A stretch of 64,000 bases of DNA from Salpingoeca rosetta. Its lineage: Eukaryota > Protista > Choanoflagellata. The notes beneath the pieces were generated by a model that was not told the origin of the DNA, made no database searches, and saw only the letters and a program-made list of their open reading frames with translations. The position numbers and the translations under genes are program-made. Within the stretch, counting starts at the first letter, position 1; each line of letters begins with the position of its first letter. Shown here piece by piece: positions 22,871 to 36,280 of the stretch. The stretch is from positions 1,596,192 to 1,660,191 of the forward strand of contig JAWQFM010000010.1 in the NCBI GenBank assembly GCA_033442325.1, given 5' to 3'.

Positions 22871-24625
22871 CTAGGAGCTGCGCTTTGGATCGTGGAACGC
22901 CTTTGGGTTCTCGGGAAGCACCCTGGTGGCGTGCGTGCACACACGTGTGTTGGGGTGTTAAGGTGTACATGGGTGAGGGATGGAAGAAGTCAAAGAGCGA
23001 GTATGTGAGAGAGAGTGTGTATGAGGGATGTGTGTGTGCATATGTGTGTTTGTGTAGCCCAGAAGCAGTGAGTAACGTCACTTCCTGCCCTCCTCCCGCC
23101 GTTTCGCTCCACCTATCACCAACCAACCACAACCACCAAGCAGCAAGCACGCATCGCAACTGCAGCGACAGGACGTACTGTGGGGAGGTGAAGACGGGCA
23201 TAGTGTCGCCGCGGACAACCTTTGCACCGGCCTCACGCACCGCAGCCACGTGCTGCATGCGAATCTCCTCCTGCCCGCGCGACCCAAGATGCTCGGCCAT
23301 CGCCTTGGTCAAGGAGCCCTAGTGCAGAGACAAACACAGCGAAAGCAGTGGTGTTTGCGTGTGGGGGGGGGTGATGGGAGCGGGTAAGTGAAAGAGTACG
23401 GGAGACATAGGTGGTGGTGGTATTGGTGGGGGGGGGGGTTGTTTGGGATTGGGTTGTGGCATGCACAGATTGTCATGGTGTTGGTACGAGACAAAGCAGA
23501 AAATTGCGATATGCAAAGAAGGAGTTGTGGTGATGGCGGTAGACGAAGTCATGGACATGTGTTCAACTCTATAACACGAAGCACACGCTCACAACGATGC
23601 ATGCACACAAGAGCACACCAGAGAGCACACACACACACACACCTGCTCCTCCGAGGTGTGCTCTTCGTGATGCTCCTCCGGCGTTCCTTGTGTGTGGGGG
23701 TTGTAGAAGAGCGACTTGCGGCCGTCGCCCCAAGGGAACTTCTGCTCGCATCAAACGCATACAGTGAGTTGTTAGTTTCTCGTGCATGTCTTCGTGCGCA
23801 CGTGGGCTTGTCAGTGTGTGTTGGCTTGCTGGGCTGGTTGTTCTGTATCGTGTGTAGCGTAAGGATGCATCGTTGCATAGTTTCAATGCACGCGCACACA
23901 CACACACACATACACACACACACATCCACATACACACACACACACGCACATCCACACATACACACACGCGCGCGCACAACTTGCCTTCTTCTGGATGCGA
24001 AGGTGGTCGTAGTCAACGAATGGCGGTGGTTCAATGTGTTCCGCGGCTACGAGGGCAAACAGAAAGGGGCAAACGAAGAACACGCAACCGTGGAAGTCAA
24101 TACAGCATGATGGGTTGGACGCAAGACACAATCGTCAACACACCACTCAACCGCCATTCAAGCCACCAGTGCACAGCAAACAATGGGGTGAGTGGCGTAC
24201 CAATGACTTGCTTGTAGAACATGTAGCTGAGGAGAGGCAGCGCGAGGAGGGAGCCAAACTTGTAGGTGAGGAAGCTGGACTCGTCGTGCTTGCCAGCGCT
24301 CTCAGCAACATGGGTGGACGCAAAGCGTCGGCCGCCTTGATTTGATGAAGCGAGAACGAAGCAAGCAAGGGTATGTGTGGCAAAAGGACATGTTCATCAG
24401 TGCACATGCGTTGGGTGAGCTTGGTGTCTCAGCAGCAGAGCCAATACTATGCGTGGTGTGCTTCCTCTTGTTGCGCGCAAGGCGCGCGCCTCCTCACCCT
24501 TGTACTGATTTGAGTTTACACCACAATACACAGCACAGTCAACACACAACCAACACCAACTGCAACAACACAATCAACATCTCACACCACTGCGCACCTG
24601 CCAACAGTCGTCGTGCTGCCTGCAT
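22871..24625 (-). CDS. COX6A: Cytochrome c oxidase subunit 6A with C-terminal extension; multi-exon, one GC-AG intron
   Basis: MQAARRLLAG|GRRFASTH...LTYKFGSLLALPLLSYMFYKQVI|AAEHIEPPPFVDYDHLRIQKK|KFPWGDGRKSLFYNPH, matching the COX6A signature YxHLRIxxKxFPWGDG. Confidence 0.88.
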
Positions 24626-24697
24626 CGTGGTTGTTCGTTCAGGTGTTGGATGTAGAAAATATCCACAAATCATTCACCAATTTTCCACATACAGTGC

Positions 24698-24771
<74 letters not shown>

Positions 24772-25367
24772 CAGCTTGCCTCCCACCACATCTGCAACCA
24801 CTGACGTGCCTTCTTTGCTTGGTTCCTTGCTCGCTGATGGGCTTCGTTTATGTTAGAAGTAGCGCAGTGGTTGGGCGTTGAGAGGCAACTACCCATCTGC
24901 CTGTCTCTCTCTCTCTCTTTGTCTGTCTGCCTGAATGCCTGAAACGGAAGAAGAGGAAGACGAAACACACAACAACGTGCGAGTGCAAAGTATCGAAGTA
25001 TCAAAGTGGAGTGGGAGAGTGCACAGTGCGTAGTGGGGAGAGGGGGGACAAGGAGAAGAGAATCTGAAGCGAGCAAGGACGTTGCAGACGGAGCAAGAAA
25101 AGAAAGAAAGAAAGAAAAAAAAAAAAGAACAGCGCACAGCATTCACAGCATGCAGCAACGGCTGCAACACAGGGAAAAAAAGGAAAAAGAAAAGGGGAAT
25201 GTCATGACATTTCAACAACACAACACCCAGATCAAGTGTACAGGTGGGAGCGTGAGAATGGAACAACCAAACATGCAAAGAGAACAACCAAATCAGTTGC
25301 AACAGCTGCAGTAGCAGCAACCCTCGCATGTCAGAACAACAAAAGCGCAAGGGTTGTGCTGGTTTCG

Positions 25368-25661
25368 CTATGAGTCCTCGTGTTGACCGCCACCGTGATC
25401 AGCACCGCTACCACCGCCATCACCCTCACCGTTACCATCACCATCACCCTCGGCCAAGGGATCATTGGTGCCTGCAGCCGTGCGGCGCCGCAGCTCCAGG
25501 TCCCGCACACGCGCACGCGCCTGCTCAAGCTGCTGCGCAACGTTCTGCTCCTATGCACAAACACACACGCACACACACACACATGCACACGCACACGCAC
25601 ACACAAAACGTGAATGACTGCAGTGCTTTGTTGGGGAAGGGGGAGAGAGAACACGAAGGAA

Positions 25662-25697
<36 letters not shown>

Positions 25698-26087
25698 CAC
25701 ACACACATGTAGGTGGACGCACCACAGGTGGATGCTGCAGAGCAGCACCGCCATCGTGGCTGCCGTGACTGGTGTGATGGCTGGCATGACTGGTGTGACT
25801 GGTGTGACTGGTGTGACTGGTGCCATGGCTGCCGTGACTGGTGTGACTATTGTGGCTGCTGTGATGAAGGCGGATGTGGTCGTCATCATCATCATCGTCG
25901 GGCGGTGGGCCCTGCACGGGCTCGCCCATCTGCGCAGTGTCGTACGACATACAGTACTTGCACTGGTGTGATGGGTTGTTGTTTAAGTTGTTGTTGTTTA
26001 AGTTGTTGTGTGGTGTATGTATGTGTGAGTAGACAAGCACGAAGAGACGGACATCGAATAACACGCGTACACACACACACAGAGCAC

Positions 26088-26118
<31 letters not shown>

Positions 26119-26978
26119 CCTTGTGTCCGAGGGAGTGGAATTTTGCGTACGAGGATCGAGAGCAGTCGCGGCAGCGGATGTGTACATATGTGTTCTTGTA
26201 CTGTGGCGGCTGTCACCACGCACGCGCGCACACACACACACACCAATAAAGGGGGTGAGGATGTGTGTGCGTGTATGTGATGTGCAATGTGCATGACATG
26301 ACACACGTCGTTGGAGCATCGTGTCGCAAATCATTCCAAACAACAGCAAAGGCAGAAGAGAAATCACTTCCACACACACACACACACACACATACATACA
26401 CACACACACATACATACCATGGGCGTTTGTTGAATTTGCTCCTCCAGATGTTTGTATTTGGAGGAGAGGTCGAGAAACGACTGCGTGCACACGGGGCACT
26501 TGGACCTGAAGCAACACCACATACACGCACATGTGCGCCAAGGGCACGTGAGTACTAGCATTGACAGGACACGGGCAAGATAAAAGAAAACACACACACA
26601 GACACAGATACACACACTCACACACTCACTCAGACACATAGACCATCACACGTGCACATACACGCGCGTGTGCACTCACGTGGTTGAGAGGAGCATACGG
26701 TAGCAGCTGTTGTGGAGAAAATGGCCACAGGGCGGCGCAAAGAGCTTTCGCGTGGACGAGTGTAAATGCTGTCAACAAACACACGTGCACAGGACGGCGT
26801 CAGTTTGTTCGTGTGCTTGTACACGTCTGTCTGTGTGTGTGTACATCTGTGTGTGTATGTGTGTGTACACATCTGTGTGTTTGTGCACGTTTGTGTTTGT
26901 ACATCTCTCTCTCTCTCTCTCTGTCTCTCTCTGTCTCTCTGTCTCTCTCTGTCTCTCTGTCTCTCTCTGTCTCTCTCC

Positions 26979-27024
<46 letters not shown>

Positions 27025-27388
27025 CCCTCTCTCTGTCCCTCTCTCTGTGTACGATGCTGCGCAACGAATCAGCGGGCAAACGACGAGCTCACCTCCAAGC
27101 AGACGGGGCAGTTGCGATCTGAAAACGGGGGGGGGGGGGGACATGGAGAACAACAGCACATACATACATGAAGGCGTCGGCGTGAGTGCCAGCGTGTGCA
27201 AGCAGATGAGCGGCAACAACAGCACCACGGACAATGCAAGAGGGGGGGGGGTGTCAGGTGTAGGACTCACCAGCAGCTTCTTCGACGCACTGCGAAGCGA
27301 AATCCGACGTGTGGCAGCACAGAACAGGCAAGCAACCCAAAGGCAACAGCATGAGCTTGCAAGCGCAACGGAGACAAGCATGAACACA

Positions 27389-27467
<79 letters not shown>

Positions 27468-27799
27468 ACACACACACACACACACACACACAAAACAGAC
27501 AAGCACACACACACGCACACAAAACAGACAAGCACACACACACACGCACAAACGCAAACGAAGGGAAACAGCAGACTCACGACGTGCGATGCAAAGCGCT
27601 CCCTGGAGTAGCAGACACAGCAGCGGTCGCAGTGTTTGAAGTTGTGCCGACCACCGACACGACAGATGCCACAGCGTGTACAGTGGTACTGCTGCTTGGC
27701 TGTGTCGTCATCAAAGAACCTGCATATCGCGCAGAAGTAGTTGCCGAACCTCTGCCCACATCGCATACACGCCTCGCCCACCTGTCGCGACACGTCGTG

Positions 27800-27867
<68 letters not shown>

Positions 27868-28405
27868 CCTGATGAGAGGTGGCACACCAAACCCCTTGTG
27901 ACCCCCCCCCCCAACACAAGCACAGCAGAAGAAGCAAAACAAAACCAAATGTACAAACAACCACGCATGCAACCGCATGGACACAGAGATACGAACCAGC
28001 TGTTCCAATCCACAGGCAGAGCAGCGTAATCGCGTCACTTTGCGACGGTTCAGCTGTTGGCCACAGCCACCGTCTTGATCCTCATCGTCATGGCACCGGC
28101 GACACGGCAAGTATCGCTGGCAGCACGGCGACTGTCGGAGCAGGCAGACACAGAGATAGGGGTGGGGGTGGAGTCAGCAACACGTCAACGACACAGGAGA
28201 GCATCACACACACACACACACTCACACACACACAGATTCACACGCGCGCACACACAGTCTCTCTCCCCCACATTCGCAGATGCACATTCACAGATGCACA
28301 CCGATGTACATTCACATGTACACGCACAGACGGAGAACGCACCAGGATTTGACAATGACGCTGGTAGTGGACGCAGCCGTGCCCTGCACCGCCTTCCACA
28401 TACAT
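25368..28405 (-). CDS. RCHY1: CHY zinc finger/RING E3 ubiquitin ligase, Pirh2-like; multi-exon
   Basis: GCVHYQRHC, PCRRCHD, FGNYFCAICRFFDD...YHCTRCGICRVGG, RING CPVCLE...PCGHFLH...C...CPVC, VHIRCRDC...FHSLGHK|CKYCMSYDTAQ. The 3' end is less certain. Confidence 0.92.
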
Positions 28406-29485
28406 GATCCTACTCCACAAAACCTGGTATCGGTCGGTTGGTTGGTTGGTTGCAGGAGTCGAATGTAAATGGCAAACCAAGGCAGCCCCTCAGTTGTTCA
28501 GGTGCTCGGCTGCTCGATGTGTGTCAGTTTCTCACACACGCGCCAGACTGGAGCCAGCGAAGCGAGGGCGGCAGCTGTTGTTGTTGTTGTTGTTGTTGTT
28601 GTTGTCTGTGTGTGTGTGAATCCGCAACACAAGTCAGAAGGCCGAGGAGGGCGGACACGGCAGCATTCAACACACAACTGTCCAGGTCAGCTTGCTTGCC
28701 CACCAGCTCCAGCAAGCAAGCAGCTCAAAGAAGTACTGGTTGGCTTCGCGCAACGTGGTGAACTGGACTGTAGGTGGTGCTGATTATACGAGGAAATCTT
28801 CAGCAAATCCTCCCTTTCCATGTTGCGGGTGGACGAGGCGCCCGATTTCTTGCTCAAATGAAGTATAATCTCCATTGTGGTTGAAATGAGCAAAATCTCA
28901 TATTTGAGGCGTATGCACGAATATGCCCTTTTCCCTGAAATGGAAACAAATAGTGGAAATACCAGGGAAAATGGATGCACTGCGTGCTGATTTGTTGGCA
29001 GCGTTGCAAATGCTCTTGGCGAAGGCGCACGCAGTGTGCCTTTTCTTTATCGATCTTCTTCTCCTGAGGCGAGGTGAGCAGATGGCTGGCTCATGCGAGC
29101 TGATGAAGGGCAAGAACGCGTGTGTGTGGGAATGAGGGTGGTGGTGTGGTGTCTGAGCCAGATGGAGATGGAGATGGTATGAACAGTGTGCTGACTAGCA
29201 CATGGCTCATGACACAATGCACCCTGTCACTGTGGCTGTCGCTGTGGCTGTTGTGTCGGTGTGTGTGGGTGTGTGGGTGGGTGTGGTGGAACAAGGACGA
29301 TGGTGCGCATGCGTGCCGCACACTTATCAACCAACCAACACACACAAACACACATGTGCACATGCATGTAACACATGCGTATTATCAACAACACACCAGA
29401 CAACCATGCTCACGTGCGCGTTGCTGTCTTGTGTGCTTGTGCTTGGCTTGGTTGCTGCCGTCCACCACAACACAGAGCACCAACC

Positions 29486-30826
<1,341 letters not shown>

Positions 30827-31484
30827 AGGCGTTGATCAAAGCATCTTCGTCTCGTTGTTGCATATCCCTTGTCTCTCTCGTTGTTGCATATTCCTGTGTA
30901 CGTCGTCAGCCAATGCGGTGGTGTGGAAGTTGGGGTCCAAAGCAGGGGCGTGCCTGTCTCTGGTTTGGTTGAGTGGTTTTTGGTTGGTGCGGACCTCTGC
31001 GTTTCGCATGTTGTGGGCGCGTCAACGGCATTTGGCGCTGTTGCCATTTCATGGCCCGTGTCATCTTTGCCGTCCGTCGCTGCCCTCTGCCTGAGTGCTT
31101 CCTCTCCCAAGCAAGGGCAGTGCTTGTCCTGGCTTTTGTCCCTTTCTTCTCGTGCTTCTGCGCCTTTCCTCACTGTGCGAGTGGATGCTCTTTTCTCCCC
31201 TCCCCGAATTGCACCCATAAATGTCCATCGCCTTGGGATAAGTCTGATCCGAAACGACAAAGAAAGAGAGAGAGTGTGTGTGTGTGTGGTTGTTGGGTAG
31301 GCACTCGAGTGCTAGTGCTGCTGCGCAAAAGGGCTGATACTTTTACTGGGAAAGGAGATGCCGCACACATGCGCGAGCGTCGATGAAGTTATGCGAGCTG
31401 TGCATGCGACACGATGCGACGGCGTGATAGAGGACTAGAGGATTGTCGGTCATGCATTGCATCTCGATGGCTCTCCTGGAGAAA

Positions 31485-32841
31485 TTAGGCAGAGAGCTTC
31501 CGTTGCGCCGCTTCTTGCTCCTCCTGTTCGTTGTGATCCGGCACGTCAGTGTCCAGGAAGTAGCCGGCCGACGCTGACACCAAGCACAGGCCCATACCGA
31601 CGCACGCTGCGCACACGCAAGTGAAGCAACGAATGTGTGAAAAAAGGAAGCGAGTCAACGAGCCAAGCAGAAGAAACGTGCGCGCACGACGCGTTGCATG
31701 CAGACAAGAATGCATGCACCTGAATCCCTCTTCCTTCCTCTCTTTTCCCAGTGCTGAATTCCTTCCTCGGATTCATCTGCGCTTCCACTAGACTGTAAAG
31801 ACTAGAAGGCTGCTGTCTCCCTCTCCCTCCTCCTCCCCTCCCACACCCACTTGCGTGTGGACTTACCAATGACGCCGGAGTCGCCGAGCAAGCACGCCGA
31901 GCCCGGCTTGAAGGCGCCTGCACCCTCACAGGGCTGGAAGATGCTGGCGTTTGGATGATATTTCAGCTCCCCAATACTCGCTCCAAAGATGAAGAGCCCA
32001 AGCACAATCAACCAAACTGCAGGGAAGGGGATGAGGGAGAAGGCGCAGGACATAGGGATGGCGTGTTAAGACGCAGATGGTGAGTTTGAACACGTGGCGA
32101 CTGGCAGTGTGAGTCCACAATGGGTGATGTGAGGGCAGCTGAGCAAATTGCCATCTCTCCGCAAACAACGACGGTCCAGCCTTCATCCCCTTGCTCAGTG
32201 CTTGATTCACTGTCCCACTCGCACAGCAGACAACCTAAGAACCTGAAGTGTTCCAGTACTCACATGCTCCCATCATGAGGTGACGCAGTGCTGGCTTGAA
32301 GGAAGGCTTGACAAAGCTGATCAGCGTCAACAGGAACGTGAGCCATGCCAAGAACAAGCCTGTGCCGTAGAACAACGCTGCTGACCTCCAGGACGTCACA
32401 GGGATGTCTTGCAACCCAGTGCCTGACGAGGTGTGTGATTGTGTGTGTGTGTGTTATGGTGCTTGCTAGAGTGAGCGCACGAGCATCGAGGCGTGCTTGA
32501 GCAAGCGGAATCGAGACACCATCCACTCAACACCCAGCCAAAGCACACAATGAACTTAAACAAAAAAAAAAAAAAAACAGTCGCAGTCAGTCGCGCTTCG
32601 CCCCCTCACCCCACCCTCTTCATCGTTATTGGCTCGTACCGTATTGGCCACAGGTTTCCTCGAAACCAACGCGCTGCAAACATGCGTAGACGAGGCCGAG
32701 GGAGATGCTGTCGTAGCCCAGGGCCAGGACGGACGACTTGGTCTCCACCCAATACGACGTCACAAACGCCAACGTCAACACCACCGACGTCAACAGCACG
32801 AGCACACACCACAGTGCCCTGGAAAACGTTTCACACGCCAT
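31485..32841 (-). CDS. LHFPL/TMHS-family tetraspan membrane protein (claudin superfamily); 4 exons
   Basis: ALWCVLVLLTSVVLTLAFVTSYWV...SLGLVYAC...EETCGQY|GTGLQDIPVTSWRSAALFYGTGLFLAWL...|FWLIVLGLFIFG...QPCEGAGAFKPGSACLLG|ACVGMGLCLVSA. Four hydrophobic segments, W-GLxxxC-C ECL1 and C...FxxGxC ECL2 pattern. Confidence 0.75.
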
Positions 32842-33689
32842 GGCTGATCCTCCAAGTACAGCGACGCAGCGGTGCACTCAAGCTGTTGTGTATTGTTGCT
32901 GGAAAGTTGCTGCTACTGAGGAGCTGGTTGTGTATCTTGTTAGCTTGTTGCCTCTTGAGTCTGCTTGCTTCCCTTCCCTGTCTCTGTCACAGGTTGCTGC
33001 TCCCTTGCTTGCTTGCTTGCTTGCTTCCTTGCTTGCTTGCTTGCTCGGTGTGGAAAGAATGAGAGGCGGCAGGCATCAGCGACAAGCATCAGCGACAAGC
33101 GACAAGTGGGAGCTTGCAGGCATCAAACGCAGCACGATGGCGTGCTTGGAATGCGCGTTACGAATTGATTCGTTAAAGAATCATCCAATCGAAGGATCTT
33201 GTTGGCTGGTGCTTATGGCTGGTGCTTATGATTCGATGCACAATTTGTGAATCGCCCTTGTCAGCCTCCGCTTTTGCCTGGCGACGCTCACAGTTGCCCA
33301 CAACTCCCGAAAACGAACCCGTCATCACAAACAACTTCGCCAACCAACCCAGCAAAGAGCCAAGACAACCAGCAGAACGAACGAGCAAACAAACACACAA
33401 CAAGTCGGACAGTGAGACAGCAACGTGTGCAGGCAGCTAGCTGTGGTGAAGAGGCCACACACCAAGCAAGCGGTGAAAGAGCTGTCAAGAGGAGAGACCG
33501 CGAGCGAGGAGTAAAGGGAGAAGACGCAACGCCACAACGACCAGCCACCTCACAAGGGGGACACAAAAGGAGAACCGGTTGTTGCTCCCGTTGACGCTCT
33601 CGTCACCCATCGTCGTTGATCGCCACCGCCGTTGAACGCCACCGCCGTCGTTAGCTGCCAGTGTTGGTCGCCATCACGCCGCGTTCACC

Positions 33690-34386
33690 ATGCCCGCAAA
33701 GAAGAAGAAGCCAGCAAGCGCCAAGGAGAAGAAGGACGCAAAGCCCTCCAGGCCAACCCGCTGCGGACCAGACTTTGAGTGGCAGGCGCAGCCGAAACTG
33801 GTGACTGCAGCAGAGAAGAACGACCTGGATCGCGTGGAGCGGTTGTTGGTGCGCGGTGAGGACCCAAACGAAGCCCTGCATTTCGCCATTGGCAGGGGTC
33901 GACTCCAAGTTGCCGAGATGTTGCTCAAAGCCGGCGCTTCCGTGCACACCGAAATCAAGGACGGCGATTACTGGTTGCCTCCACCCGCCCCACCAAAGGA
34001 GGTGTGTGTGTATGTGTCTGTGTGTGTGTGTGTGTGTGTGTCTGTGTCTGCGTATCTGTGTGCATGCGTGAGAATGCGAGAGAGAGTGTGTGTGTGCGCG
34101 TGTGTGTGTCTGTCTGTCTGTGTGTGTGTGTGTGTGTCTGTCTGTGTGTGTGTGTGTCTGTGTCTGCGTCTGTGTCTGTCTGTCTGTCTGTGTGTCTGTC
34201 TATCTGTATCTCTCGTTTATGTGTGACATGACCCTTTGAGCTTGCGCGACGCTGGCTCATCTCACATCATGTCATGTGTGCACGCAACCAACACTGATGC
34301 ATGCTGGAAAACTTTGTCTTTTGCAGGAAAAGTCCAAGTCCAGCAAGAAAGGAAAGAAGGGCAAGAAGGGAAAGAAGAAGAAGTGA
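33690..34386 (+). CDS. Small ankyrin-repeat protein with Lys-rich termini; 2 exons
   Basis: [24 protein letters not shown] and [24 protein letters not shown] (ankyrin repeats); intron ~34002-34326; tail [19 protein letters not shown]. Confidence 0.8.
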
Positions 34387-34856
34387 CCACATTCACACAC
34401 ACACACACACACACACACATTGCTCTCTTTCCTGGCTTGCGGCTCGCGCAAGCGCTCTCCTAGCTCTTCTGAACCCCTCGTTTTACTTGCTTACTCTTTG
34501 TGCATGCTTGGGCCGCTTGTTTGCCGTTGTACATATCCGTTGCGCTTTGTTTCCAACAACATCTCGCGTTGTCACGTGATCTGACGTGGTGTGAGAACAT
34601 GGCTGATTGTCCTGCGCAAGCGCGCGCACATGTGTCCATTGTCGCACGTGTGTTTTAGCCTTCTTCTGATTGACTCACACGTGCACTTGTCGAAGGGCGT
34701 ATTCGACCTCCACTTGCTGCTCCTGCCACATATGTTGTACTGCAATTAACACCACCCCATCCACCACGCCATGCAACTGCGAACCCAGTTCGCCACGCAT
34801 TGCCTCCATCACACGCACGCAAGCATTCCTCAGGGCCTTCGCATTAAGCTGAAGTG

Positions 34857-34889
<33 letters not shown>

Positions 34890-35081
34890 AGCGTGTGTGT
34901 TTTGTGAGTGAGTGCGCGAGGGAGAGAGAATGTGTGCGCGTGTGCGCGTGTGCGCGCGTTGTGTGCGTGTGTGCGTGTATGAAGCTGGTGAGTCGCTATG
35001 TCAGGAGCGAAGCGGTGCGGAGGGGAAAGTAGGCAGATGTGGCAGGCCGCCAGCAACGTGAATTGGAGGGTAGTGGTGCCA

Positions 35082-35848
35082 TCAACAGACCTGGTTGAAG
35101 TCGACACGGAGGAGGAGTTGGGAGAGATGACGGTCCTTCACCGTCATTAGCACCGGAACCAGAAACGCCATGATCTTGTAGAACCGCTGAACACACACAC
35201 AGAGATGTGGTGCTTGTTGTGAGCGACATCGCTATGCAGAAATTGCGCACGCACAAATGCAAACGTGTGTCTGCATCGACAAACACAGACACTCATGCAA
35301 ACAGACACTCACGCAAACACACACACACACACACACACACACCAACACGGCATATGGACCTCTGCTACGGCGGTGACTTGGTCGCGGGGAACAAGGCCCG
35401 GCGATGGGTAACGGGTAAGCAGATGATGAAAGTCCAGACACGTGTTCAGTAGCGTGTCAATCTCGCTCGTCACCTTGAAGACAAACCAACATAGCGAATA
35501 TGATTGAGAAGTGTGAGTGCGAGAGAGAGTGTGTGTGTGAGTGAGCGAGTTTGTGTGGTGTGGTGTGTGTGTGCGTGCGTGCGTGCGTGTGAGTGAGTGA
35601 GTGAGTGTGACTGTGTGTGTGTGTGTGTCTCAGCATCAAAATCATCTTCACCTTCACCTTCACCACCGCCACCACAGCAGACCACACCGCCACCACCACC
35701 TTGTCCATGCTCTGGAAGGTGCGGCGAGCAATGTTGTCGAGGAAGCGTGCATGGTGGTCAAGAATGGACGTCAGCGACGCTCGCTTCTGGATCGCCCGCA
35801 GCAGCTCCCCAAACTCTGCCTCCAACACGTCAGACTACCGTGTTCGTG

Positions 35849-35886
<38 letters not shown>

Positions 35887-36240
35887 CACTGGTGCAGCAG
35901 AGACATGTGAAGCGCAAGTTGCAAGCTCGCATGTGTGGAGGCAGGCGTGCGATTGTACGCACGTGGATGTACGACTGCAAGCTGGTGACGATGTGCGCCA
36001 TGTGACTGCGCACAATCCACATGGTCGTGTGCTCTGCAGAGGACTGGTGGCGTCGAGACTTCATCTGAACACATCAGCAACACACAGGCACACATGTGCG
36101 CGTGTGCGCATGCTCGTGTGAGCAAACACGCACAAAGAGAGAGCAAGAGAGACAGTGTGTGTGTATGTGTGCGCGCGCGCGTGTGTGTGTGTGTTTGTGT
36201 GGGCAGTTTGTGTTCATTCATTCCACTCCTTTTCCTCTCC

Positions 36241-36280
<40 letters not shown>

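Noticed and set aside
24406-24504. Possible 7-nt and 41-nt cassette exons in COX6A intron 1
   Set aside because: They are jointly in frame but unnecessary, since exon 1 joins the next exon directly to give a good presequence. Unsupported without reads.
34690-34857. Open, exon-like stretch downstream of TUBGCP4 (ALQLNAKALRNAC...)
   Set aside because: The GCP4 C-terminal motif and a stop already occur at ~35082. There is no recognisable homology, and an alternative last exon cannot be supported.
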